Position numbers and translations under genes: made by a program. From positions 310,001-374,000 of the forward strand of contig OZ025801.1 of NCBI GenBank assembly GCA_964019425.1: a stretch of 64,000 nt of DNA, given 5' to 3'. Under the pieces are notes generated by a model, which was not told the origin of the DNA, did no database searches, and worked only from the letters and a program-made list of their open reading frames with translations. Positions 24,191 to 32,649 of this stretch are shown piece after piece. The first letter of the stretch is position 1. Every line of letters begins with the position of its first letter. Source of the stretch: Flectonema sp. DT1601 (lineage: Eukaryota).

Positions 24191-24263
24191 CGCCGTCAGC
24201 GGGTTTTGAACCCTCGACCGCCATTCTTGCAGACCGGCGTTCTATCAATTGAGCTATGTAGCC
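24191..24263 (-). promoter_or_regulatory. Degenerate tRNA(Cys, GCA)-like sequence with A box, B box and T5 terminator in the element's 5' leader
   Basis: 73 nt with canonical tRNA spacing: GGCTACA TA GCTC AATTGATA GAAC G CCGGT CTGCAAG AATGG CGGTC GAGGG TTCAAAA CCCGC TGACGGC G, then GTTTTT. Acceptor stem only 4/7 paired. Confidence 0.7.
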
Positions 24264-24329
24264 ACATAATCGACGTTTCTTTTATTTCTATAAGTCAATG
24301 TCTCTATTAGTTTTCTGACGATATCAAAT

Positions 24330-24348
24330 ATTTCTATCCCTTTATCAG
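24330..24348 (+). promoter_or_regulatory. SL trans-splice acceptor of the retrotransposon mRNA (second copy AG at 28994-28995)
   Basis: TTTCTATCCCTTTATCAG|TTCTCACACCCC. Copy A has the SL joined at exactly this position. Confidence 0.88.
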
Positions 24349-24403
24349 TTCTCACACCCCTGTCTTCATCACAAGAAAACTTATATTTAAATTAAGTTAA
24401 ATA

Positions 24404-25666
24404 ATGACTCGTGTAAATTTTGAGTTCCCTGAGTTCCTAGTGGAGATTTGGAAGGCACGAATGGGTGAGGAACCGCCAAAGAAGTTGGATAATATTAATT
24501 TGGATGAGCTGATTGCAAGCATCCCCTTTAGCATCGATTTAAGTACATTGAGATCGGACAAGGAGACGAGGAGGTTGATCCAAGGCACACTGGCTATGTG
24601 TCTTGGGATCTCAAGCGACGCAGCCAAGACACTTTCGATGAATAAGTGTCTAGTAATACTGGGGGTTCTATCAAGGAGCCGCTTGCAGTTGGTCAACCAG
24701 AGCGCCGCCCGGATGAGCGAGCGGATATCCAAGGGGGGGTCGGATAGGTTGGTGACACACGACGAGGCGGAGGATGCGATGGGATCGCTGCAGCAGGGCA
24801 CGGACACGCTCCGAAGCGACACCAAGCAAGGATTCGACTCGTTGAGAAACGAATGTCAGAAGGAATCCCAATCGGTGAGGAGAAGGGTTGGGGAGGCCGC
24901 CGAGAAAGCTGAGAACATCGGGGGCATGTGGGAAGCATTCAAAGAGCAACAGGTTCTACAACAGCAACAACAAGATAACATCATCCAGCAGCTCACACAG
25001 CAACAACAAGATCAGCAGGACCAGAATACTGCATTGTTCCAGAGCATCAGTCAACAACAACAGGTCCATCAGGAACAACAGGCAGCCGTGATACAAGGTA
25101 TCATGCAGGAATTAGCAGGTCTGAAGAAGAGGTCTACCACAACTCAGCAAGGGCCAGTAGCAGTACCTCAAGCACCAAAGACGGAAGAAGAAGAAGCAAC
25201 ACAGGAGGTGACCGACCCATCTGCAGCCAGAGATGTAAAAAGATGGGCAGCAGTAATGAGTTCGGGAAGGACCGAGGCTCTGGTACACGGGATCAGAGAG
25301 AGGTATGTTAACAGCCTCGAATACAAAGTTGGGGGAAGCCAACTTCTCAGTTATTTCAAGCAATTGAAAAACTTTATACTCGGGTTCGAATATGTAGTAG
25401 CGTGGGAAGAAAACCCCCACTTCGTAGAGCTAGGTAACGATTTGTTGGAGCAGCTGCGGATTCAGCATTACTTCTGCAAGGATGGGACGAAGAGATCCGA
25501 GCTGGAGATGATAATGAAAGTGGCATCGGAAGACCCGTTGGAGAAGGCAAACGCCATAGCTAAGAGGAACAAACATGTGAAGCTGCAGCAACCAAAATGG
25601 AAAGGAGGGAAGGCGTCTGTTTCCACATACCCAGCATCGGGAAACGGGAGAGGGTTCGCGAAGTGA
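24404..25666 (+). CDS. Gag-like ORF1 of the YR retrotransposon
   Basis: 420-aa first ORF after the splice acceptor, with a Q-rich coiled-coil. The Gag assignment is positional. Confidence 0.75.
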   Translation: MTRVNFEFPEFLVEIWKARMGEEPPKKLDNINLDELIASIPFSIDLSTLRSDKETRRLIQGTLAMCLGISSDAAKTLSMNKCLVILGVLSRSRLQLVNQSAARMSERISKGGSDRLVTHDEAEDAMGSLQQGTDTLRSDTKQGFDSLRNECQKESQSVRRRVGEAAEKAENIGGMWEAFKEQQVLQQQQQDNIIQQLTQQQQDQQDQNTALFQSISQQQQVHQEQQAAVIQGIMQELAGLKKRSTTTQQGPVAVPQAPKTEEEEATQEVTDPSAARDVKRWAAVMSSGRTEALVHGIRERYVNSLEYKVGGSQLLSYFKQLKNFILGFEYVVAWEENPHFVELGNDLLEQLRIQHYFCKDGTKRSELEMIMKVASEDPLEKANAIAKRNKHVKLQQPKWKGGKASVSTYPASGNGRGFAK

Positions 25667-28600
25667 CCAGCCGACCGGACCCTGCAAGTAACAACAGTAC
25701 TCCCAAGACGAAGGTTAGAGTACAGGAATATGCAAGTATTAGAAACACTCCCATTACCAAGGTTGAAGTATTTAAGGAAACCAGCAAGACTTATGCAGAA
25801 GCGCTCAAAACAGGTATTGAAGGACGGCCGACTACGAACAAGGTTAAGAAGATCCATAAGTTCGATCGTTCGAGGCCCGGACAACAATATAAAATCCGCA
25901 GTCCGAGGATCCCCCAGCGGAAGGGAGATGGAAGCAAATTCAGACAGAGAAACGGGAGAGATAAATTCCACACCAATCACAGTCACAACGGATACAATGC
26001 CCTCAGAAGAATTAGGAAAAAACATAGTTGGAAGAATTCTGCTGAACATGATGGAGGGATGCCCCGAGGGGGCAAAGAAGCGGCATGCGGAGGATTCCGT
26101 TACATACATAGAAGCGACGGAAAGACTTCAAGAAACACTAGAGAAGATGTGGGCCTCAAAGACAACAGCAAGCAGGCGGAATCTGTGGAGAAGATTTCGG
26201 GCCTGGGCAAGGGAAAAGGAGAAACCAGCAAACGCAAGCTCGGCTGTTCTGTTCGTGATGGCGACAGGTGTGGCAGTGCAGGGGCTTCTCTCTTATGCAA
26301 AGAGTCTATCTGCAGTGATGGGGAGAATCGGAATAGAAAACGGACCTCTGTTGAGCTTAGCTGCAGCACTGAGGGCGAACGGAGCGGCAATACCACTAGA
26401 ACAGGCAACGCCAATGACAAGTTTCGACCTGGTGGATTGGGCAAGGGGGCAAGACTTAAAGACCCACTTGGCAATGCTAGTGTGCTGGAAGACTGCATCA
26501 AGATGGGGCGAGACCGCAGCGCTCTCAAGGGACCAGTTCATCTCTGTAAGTCCGTCAGAGATCATTATCGATTGGTTCCGCACGCCGAAGGGAAGGAGGG
26601 CAAACCCTTACTCGCCAAGCAGATGGACGGTGATAAAGGGGAATCACACAGAAGAGATAAAGATCTTGCTGGATGCGATGGGGGAGTTCAAAAAACTACA
26701 CCCGTGGGACACGTCAAAATTAGTGAAAACGTTCCAGCAGGACGGCAGGATGAAAAGATACACCGCCCACTCAATAAAAAGGGGTGCGATAAGTCATCTG
26801 TTGGAAGTTCTGGCATCCGACCAAGAGCAGCAAGGACTCACAGAAGGGCTGATAAGCAGGCTGGCCAAGCATGCAGGAGTGTCGGCTCTTTCGGACACCA
26901 CGCTGAGGTACGGGGGGAACCCAATTGCAATGGCGAGGGCGTTAAAGACAGGGGATGTCACCTGTTTCCTGTAGTTGATAGATCAAAAAATGCGAGCGAA
27001 CGGGATGTGATGCGGAGCGTAGCAGCTCAGTTCACACACAGAACAAAGAGCACGCGCATTCCCATAACGAAGGAGGAGATATCTTCACCACTACATGTGG
27101 CCCCTACACCTAAGATGGATGTTTCAGCTGTGAGGGGGAGGATGCTGCCATCGGTCCTGAAGAGGTTTGATTATGTTTGGGACCTCACCTTCTTTCCTAA
27201 GGATTCTTCTGTCAATGCACGGCTCTCGAGGAGGGCAACTTCGAAGTTGGCAGGGAAACATGCAAGAGAATTGGTTGAGTGTGGTATTGCAGTGCCGAGT
27301 GATTCTGTACCGCTGTCTCGGAATGTACCATTTACAGTGTATGAGGAGAGGGAGACGGGGAACAGACAGCGGTTCATCCTCTGGACAAAAGAGCAGAACG
27401 AACTGATCTCGTCTGGGGGATATGAACCATTCGTTCCACTGCAGCACATTTCTTGTTACCTGGATGCTGTACATTCGGAGGTGGCATCCTGCAGGGACTT
27501 CAAGACTGGATTCTACCAGGTCTGCATACCTGAGGAGTCAACTTCACTCTTCAGTTTCTCTGATTCAGCTGGGAAGGTTTATTCTTTGACTCGACTTCCG
27601 ATGGGTCATGTGTGTGCCCCAGAACTGATGAACACCATCGCTGCAGTAGTTGCTGGTGACCCGCTGTTCGTTAAGAAAGAATTTGCGGAGGAGGAAGTTG
27701 GGATTCACTGGTGGATTGATAACATTAGGTTATTTGGTCCCAAGGAGAAGGTTAAATGCGCAGCTGAGAGGATGGACTCCTTTGCCAGAATGGCAAACAT
27801 CACATGGAAACCAAGTGATACTGTGGATCTCTCTCCGGAGTATGAGTTCTTGGGGGTCACCTTTGATCACCATACAGACAGGGTGAGCTTGGGGACCAAG
27901 ATTGGGAGAAAAATCAAGAACACCAACCTTGATTCATTGACTGCATCGGAGTTGGAGTCCTTAGGAGGTCGCCTGTTGCATGCCAGCTCCATTGTTGGAG
28001 TTCCACCTGGGAAGTACTGGTTTAGCTTGAAGTATCTTCGCAGAGTCACAAATTACCCGAACAAGGGAACCCTACAAGTACAGCAGGTACTAAAATTGCC
28101 CCGTTCAGTAAGGAGGGAATTAGAAATGTGGATCGGTGCTGTGCAGAAGGAGAGAATAATTATGCCTGAGCAGAAAGAGGGGAGGACTGCCGAAGTGTTT
28201 GTAGATGCCTCATTGCAGGGATGGGGAGGTGTCATTGTTTGGAAAACAGGTGAGTTGGAAATTCTTGGTGCGGCATGGCCTGCTGGTGAAGACCGACATA
28301 TAAATATCCTTGAAGCGGACGCTCTTGGGAAGACACTCAAAGGAATTGCAAAGGCCGACCACCTTTCCATCTGGGTTGACAACACTACAGTTTGTGGTGC
28401 TTTTCGGAAGAAGATGTGTGTTCGCTCACACAGTCTCAACAGGTGTTTGATAACTGCGATTGAATGCCTTTTAGTTTTGAAATGTTCCTACTCCCTTGCC
28501 TGGGTAAGCACGAAGCTAAACCCAGCAGACATTCCTTCTCGAGAGGAAGTCTCACACGGAACGAGAGCGAAGGTTGAACAAGCGTTGGGGTGGTTCTTTA

Positions 28601-28704
28601 ACTCGCGTGGTGGTGGTGGTGCCGGTGTCCCGTCGAATCGAAACGGCCCGGTACAACCCCTACGCAGAAGTAATCTGCACCACAGTGTAGATTCTTCTAA
28701 GTGA
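25597..28704 (+). CDS. Reverse transcriptase / RNase H ORF (probably entered by -1 frameshift from gag)
   Basis: RT motifs RDFKTGFYQ, RLPMG, WIDN, EFLG. DIRS-type RNase H motifs VFVDAS..GWG, HINILE, WVDNTT, NPADIPSR. Confidence 0.92.
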   Translation: MERREGVCFHIPSIGKRERVREVTSRPDPASNNSTPKTKVRVQEYASIRNTPITKVEVFKETSKTYAEALKTGIEGRPTTNKVKKIHKFDRSRPGQQYKIRSPRIPQRKGDGSKFRQRNGRDKFHTNHSHNGYNALRRIRKKHSWKNSAEHDGGMPRGGKEAACGGFRYIHRSDGKTSRNTREDVGLKDNSKQAESVEKISGLGKGKGETSKRKLGCSVRDGDRCGSAGASLLCKESICSDGENRNRKRTSVELSCSTEGERSGNTTRTGNANDKFRPGGLGKGARLKDPLGNASVLEDCIKMGRDRSALKGPVHLCKSVRDHYRLVPHAEGKEGKPLLAKQMDGDKGESHRRDKDLAGCDGGVQKTTPVGHVKISENVPAGRQDEKIHRPLNKKGCDKSSVGSSGIRPRAARTHRRADKQAGQACRSVGSFGHHAEVRGEPNCNGEGVKDRGCHLFPVVDRSKNASERDVMRSVAAQFTHRTKSTRIPITKEEISSPLHVAPTPKMDVSAVRGRMLPSVLKRFDYVWDLTFFPKDSSVNARLSRRATSKLAGKHARELVECGIAVPSDSVPLSRNVPFTVYEERETGNRQRFILWTKEQNELISSGGYEPFVPLQHISCYLDAVHSEVASCRDFKTGFYQVCIPEESTSLFSFSDSAGKVYSLTRLPMGHVCAPELMNTIAAVVAGDPLFVKKEFAEEEVGIHWWIDNIRLFGPKEKVKCAAERMDSFARMANITWKPSDTVDLSPEYEFLGVTFDHHTDRVSLGTKIGRKIKNTNLDSLTASELESLGGRLLHASSIVGVPPGKYWFSLKYLRRVTNYPNKGTLQVQQVLKLPRSVRRELEMWIGAVQKERIIMPEQKEGRTAEVFVDASLQGWGGVIVWKTGELEILGAAWPAGEDRHINILEADALGKTLKGIAKADHLSIWVDNTTVCGAFRKKMCVRSHSLNRCLITAIECLLVLKCSYSLAWVSTKLNPADIPSREEVSHGTRAKVEQALGWFFNSRGGGGAGVPSNRNGPVQPLRRSNLHHSVDSSK
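25639..25683 (+). promoter_or_regulatory. Putative -1 programmed ribosomal frameshift signal (G_GGA_AAC + stem-loop)
   Basis: Slippery heptamer correctly phased in gag (TCG GGA AAC). The -1 frame is the RT ORF. 5-nt spacer, then stem AGGGTTCG/CGGACCCT. Identical in copy A (23297-23341). Confidence 0.75.
25730..26974 (+). CDS. Tyrosine recombinase (YR), overlapping the RT ORF and in frame with gag
   Basis: WKTASRWGE (R), PKG (K), YTAHSIKRGA, LAKH and TTLRYG (Y) catalytic pattern. Confidence 0.9.
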   Translation: MQVLETLPLPRLKYLRKPARLMQKRSKQVLKDGRLRTRLRRSISSIVRGPDNNIKSAVRGSPSGREMEANSDRETGEINSTPITVTTDTMPSEELGKNIVGRILLNMMEGCPEGAKKRHAEDSVTYIEATERLQETLEKMWASKTTASRRNLWRRFRAWAREKEKPANASSAVLFVMATGVAVQGLLSYAKSLSAVMGRIGIENGPLLSLAAALRANGAAIPLEQATPMTSFDLVDWARGQDLKTHLAMLVCWKTASRWGETAALSRDQFISVSPSEIIIDWFRTPKGRRANPYSPSRWTVIKGNHTEEIKILLDAMGEFKKLHPWDTSKLVKTFQQDGRMKRYTAHSIKRGAISHLLEVLASDQEQQGLTEGLISRLAKHAGVSALSDTTLRYGGNPIAMARALKTGDVTCFL

Positions 28705-28785
28705 TCTCAGACTTGTTAACTGCATGTTCATTCAATTAAGTATACTTCTCTTTCCCAGGTGCATACAGTATAGGAAGGCTAATTA

Positions 28786-30350
28786 TCAAAATTCCATTTA
28801 GGTAATTTGCCACCGAAACTGAGCACCAAACAAAAACCGCCGTCAGCGGGTTTTGAACCCTCGACCGCCATTCTTGCAGACCGGTGTTCTATCAATTGAG
28901 CTATGTAGCCACATAATCGACGTTTCTTTTATTTCTATAAGTCAATGTCTCTATTAGTTTTCTGACGATATCAAATATTTCTATCCCTTTATCAGTTCTC
29001 ACACCCCTGTCTTCATCACAAGAAAACTTATATTTAAATTAAGTATGAACCATTCGTTCCACTGCAGCACATTTCTTGTTACCTGGATGCTGTGCATTCG
29101 GAGGTGGCATCCTGCAGGGACTTCAAGACTGGATTCTACCAGGTCTGCATACCTGAGGAGTCAACTTCACTCTTCAGTTTCTCTGATTCGGCTGGGAAGG
29201 TTTATTCTTTGACTCGACTTCCGATGGGTCATGTGTGTGCCCCAGAATTGATGAACACCATCGCTGCAGTAGTTGCTGGTGACCCGCTGTTCGTTAAGAA
29301 AGAATTTGCGGAGGAGGAAGTTGGGATTCACTGGTGGATCGATAACATTAGGTTATTTGGTCCCAAGGAGAAGGTTAAATGCGCAGCTGAGAGGATGGAC
29401 TCCTTTGCCAGAATGGCAAACATCACATGGAAACCTGTGGATCTCTCTCCGGAGTATGAGTTCTTGGGGGTCACCTTTGATCACCATACGGACAGGGTGG
29501 GCTTGGGGACCAAGATTGGGAGAAAAATCAAGAACACCAACCTTGATTCATTGACTGCATCGGAGTTGGGATCCTTAGGAGGTCGCCTGTTGCATGCCAG
29601 CTCCATTGTTGGAGTTCCACCTGGGAAGTACTGGTTTAGCTTGAAGTATCTTCGCAGGGTCACAAATTACTTGAACAAGGGGACCCTACAAGTACAGCAG
29701 GTACTAAAATTGCCCCGTCCAGTAAGGAGGGAATTAGAAATGTGGATCGGTGCTGTGCAGAAGGAGAGAATAATTATGCCTGAGCAGAAAGAGGGGAGGA
29801 CTGCCGAAGTGTTTGTAGATGCCTCATTGCAGGGATGGGGAGGTGTCATCGTTTGGAAAACAGGTGAGCTGGAAATTCTTGGTGCGGCATGGCCTGCTGG
29901 TGAAGACCGACATATAAATATCCTTGAAGCGGACGCTCTTGGGAAGACACTCAAAGGAATTGCAAAGGCCGACCACCTTTCCATCTGGGTTGGCAACACT
30001 ACAGTTTGTGGTGCTTTTAGGAAGAAGGTGTGTGTTCGCTCACACAGTCTCAACAGGTGTTTGATAACTGCGATTGAATGCCTTTTAGTTTTGAAATGTT
30101 CCTACCCCCTTGCCTGGGTAAGCACGAAGCTACATTCCTTCTCGAGAGGAAGTCTCACACGGAACGAGAGCGAAAGTTGAACAAGCGTTGGGGTCGTTCT
30201 TTAACTCGCGTGGTGGTGGTGGTGCCGGTGTCCCGTCGAATCGAAACGGCCCGGTACAACCCCTACGCAGAAGTAATCTGCACCACAGTGTAGATTCTTC
30301 CTTGTGATCAGACTTGTTAACTGGTGCATACAGTATAGGAAGGCTAATTA
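28786..30350 (+). mobile_element. YR retrotransposon copy C, internally deleted (~3.0 kb; lacks gag, YR and the RT N-terminus)
   Basis: Leader 28786-29044 is near-identical to 24139-24397 and is joined at a shared T to the 27421-equivalent position. The RNase H D-to-G change (WVGN) and a frameshifting deletion near 30131 suggest it is inactive. Confidence 0.9.
28838..28910 (-). promoter_or_regulatory. Second copy of the tRNA(Cys)-like A/B-box element
   Basis: One substitution relative to 24191-24263. Confidence 0.7.
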
Positions 30351-30381
30351 CCGTCTCCAACAGCTGGAATATTGCTGAGAC

Positions 30382-31150
30382 TTGATAAGTCTCTCGGGCT
30401 TCAGATACATAAGCAATGGTTCATATTTGGAGCCCAGAAAAGGACAACATGCCTGGTTACAGGCCTGGTTCACCTCACTGGCGGAACAAAACCCCGGTAC
30501 CCAGTGGGACATAAAAGAAGAGGGTGGAAGGTTTAAGTCCTTTTTCCTTGCTTTAGGGGCATCGCTGGAGGGTGTAGGTGCATGTCCGGGGGGATTTGGG
30601 GTTGTTGATGGGTGCTTCTTACGAGCACATTGCTTACATTTGTTGCAATGGACCCACTGGGAAGTCAATTCCCTGTGGGTTTCGCCTTGATAGGCAATGA
30701 AGACGCCGAAGGGTGGAAGTACTTCCTTGGGAAGCTGGGGTCGGCGGTGAAGGTTCCGGAGTTTTTGGGCGAGTGCAGAAGTGGCACTATGAGCGACGGC
30801 GTAGTGCGCACGATGCAGAGGGTGATGACGAGATGTGGGGTGGGTGGGGGAGATCGTGGAGACAGCTGCCGTTGAAGCAGCAGTGTTCACTGTTGAACCT
30901 GTGATGCACGAAGGCGAAGTGTTTGAAGGTATGGTATCTTTCTCGGGGCTTGTAGAATCATCTGCAGGGATAATAACAACAAACAGCGAACATTGTACAT
31001 GGACAGAGGCAGGAGTTGGTCAAGCTGGTGGGTAAGAAATGGCTTGCACCTGTTTGCTCCCAGAGCAGACTGCCTTGCCATGTGTTCATACCTGCGCGGC
31101 TATGGCCTGCTCATGTGTATCCAAGAACTTCTTTGTGTCATGCACCGATT
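30382..31150 (+). mobile_element. Degenerate Mutator (MULE) transposase relic
   Basis: Frameshifted pieces GRFKSFFLA...VVDGCFL and TLLTFVAMDPLGSQFPVGFALIGNEDAEGWKYFL...MSDG match the MULE domain. LPCH is a possible SWIM remnant. Confidence 0.7.
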
Positions 31151-31737
31151 GGTGATACCCTTGACATATGCCACTGCAAGATGTCGCATGCATTCTTCAA
31201 AGACATATCCACTAACTTTCTTCTCACGTTTTGCATCAAGTGCAATTCGTGTCGGTGAACAAATACGTTCCCCTGCGGGTTAACTGTTCGATTTTGTACG
31301 TAAAATACAAATGTATTACAAATTACTTGCTCAAACTGAAAAAAATAGAGCGTATTATAAGCTCAGTTTAAAACATGAGAAACTTGCGAAATCAATCACA
31401 TCCTCAACATCTCCCTCCGTACTATTTCCCACGTACTTCACATTACTGACATGTTATTCTGATACGAAAAAAAGAGAGAATGATCGCAAACAAACGAACA
31501 GAACAACAAGTTAATGACCAAAGTCAGCGGCACAAGTGTGAAATTTAAAACATGGTCCGTTATCCTCATCCTGCGAAAAATGTGTAATGAATTTGATTCA
31601 CAAAATAGGTTTCATTGGCGTGATTACGCAATGACAATGGGCAAGCCAAAAAGGCTGCGGCAATTGGACTTAAAACAAATGCTAGGCATACAGCACTTAG
31701 TGAAGTAATTATTACTTTATGAACGACGTCTCTAAAC

Positions 31738-32649
31738 CTACCCGTGCCTATTTTTCTGACGTTTGGGTTTTCCGTTCCAAGAGTGGATTAAAGATCTCTT
31801 TGGGTTGCCCTTCACTCTTGCTTGGCCAACCCATTTATGTCTCCATTTATGTTTTGGTAACACATCACGGGGATAAACAGCATGGTCCAATGCACGCGAT
31901 TTAGTTTTTGCGTAGTATTCCCTGGCACGATGCTCATCCTCCTCTACCTCGAACTGAGCTCGACCATGGCGTATTGACTTTCGAGGAGAAGGGACTGGAG
32001 AACCGATTTGATATGTTCCGTTCGCTCTATAAAGCATTCCCATTGTTTCTGGGGCAGCAGTTTCCGGGCGCGAAAAATAAGTAGTGCCACCCCAGAAAGA
32101 AGACTTCCTGTCGGAATCGTCAAGCCCCGATACCATTCCTTTCTCTTGAACAAAACACGTAACCCCCAATTGGTGCATACCGTGGTATAGCAACTCCACA
32201 AGGGTTTTCGTGGAAGCTGGGTAGTCGGCATGTGGCATTTTTTCCAACTCCAGGATAGGCGTTCCGGCACTAACGCAGAAAACGTCGAACGCGTGGTTCC
32301 CATTTTTACCAGAGTATCTCTGTCTGATCTCTGGTTTCAGTCGGGATAATATAGACATCTTGGACACTGGTTGCATCTCTCCTATGTTCCTTCTTTTTAG
32401 TCTGACAGGCAACCGATATTTATCAATCCTGTTTTCGATGATTTCCGTTGCGTTCTCAAGTTGCTTTGCAGATATCACTCCTGCTACTCGACTTACTAGC
32501 CCTAGGTCACCGATGACGAACTCATAATCATTTTTTAATCTCTCAGGCTTCCAGTCACTGTTAACAAAGGGATCTACCATGGATAGACCTGGAGCTTGAG
32601 GTCTCCAATGCGGACTCTGTAGCAGAAATACACAACATCGTCGCAACAT
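31738..32649 (-). CDS. Mitochondrial ribosomal protein uL16m-like
   Basis: MLRR presequence. GDLGLV...GVISAKQLE...PVSK...R...GKNG...VSAGTPILE follows the L16 pattern. Confidence 0.7.
   Translation of the reverse strand: MLRRCCVFLLQSPHWRPQAPGLSMVDPFVNSDWKPERLKNDYEFVIGDLGLVSRVAGVISAKQLENATEIIENRIDKYRLPVRLKRRNIGEMQPVSKMSILSRLKPEIRQRYSGKNGNHAFDVFCVSAGTPILELEKMPHADYPASTKTLVELLYHGMHQLGVTCFVQEKGMVSGLDDSDRKSSFWGGTTYFSRPETAAPETMGMLYRANGTYQIGSPVPSPRKSIRHGRAQFEVEEDEHRAREYYAKTKSRALDHAVYPRDVLPKHKWRHKWVGQARVKGNPKRSLIHSWNGKPKRQKNRHG

Larger units (their letters stand above)
24139..28785 (+). mobile_element. YR retrotransposon copy B, apparently complete (~4.65 kb), VIPER/TATE-like (DIRS order)
   Basis: gag-YR-RT/RNase H order with intact ORFs. 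Ends defined by repeated breakpoints: start TCAAAATTCC (24139, 28786) and end GGAAGGCTAATTA (28785, 30350). Confidence 0.9.

Noticed and set aside
24191..24263. Functional tRNA-Cys gene
   Set aside because: Acceptor stem 4/7 paired, mismatches in the D, anticodon and T stems, and the D-loop GG is missing.
24139..29044. LTRs flanking copy B (259-bp direct repeat at 24139-24397 and 28786-29044)
   Set aside because: The second copy runs on into RT sequence and ends at the same 3' terminus, so it is better read as the 5' leader of tandem copy C. A terminal-repeat role cannot be fully excluded without other loci.
29040..29050. Copy C's 3-kb deletion as a spliced intron
   Set aside because: The boundaries cannot be placed as GT-AG; only 1-nt microhomology is present.
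30348..30360. Continuation of copy A after the B+C tandem (nested insertion)
   Set aside because: Only 2 nt (CC) match the expected YR continuation, which is compatible with chance.
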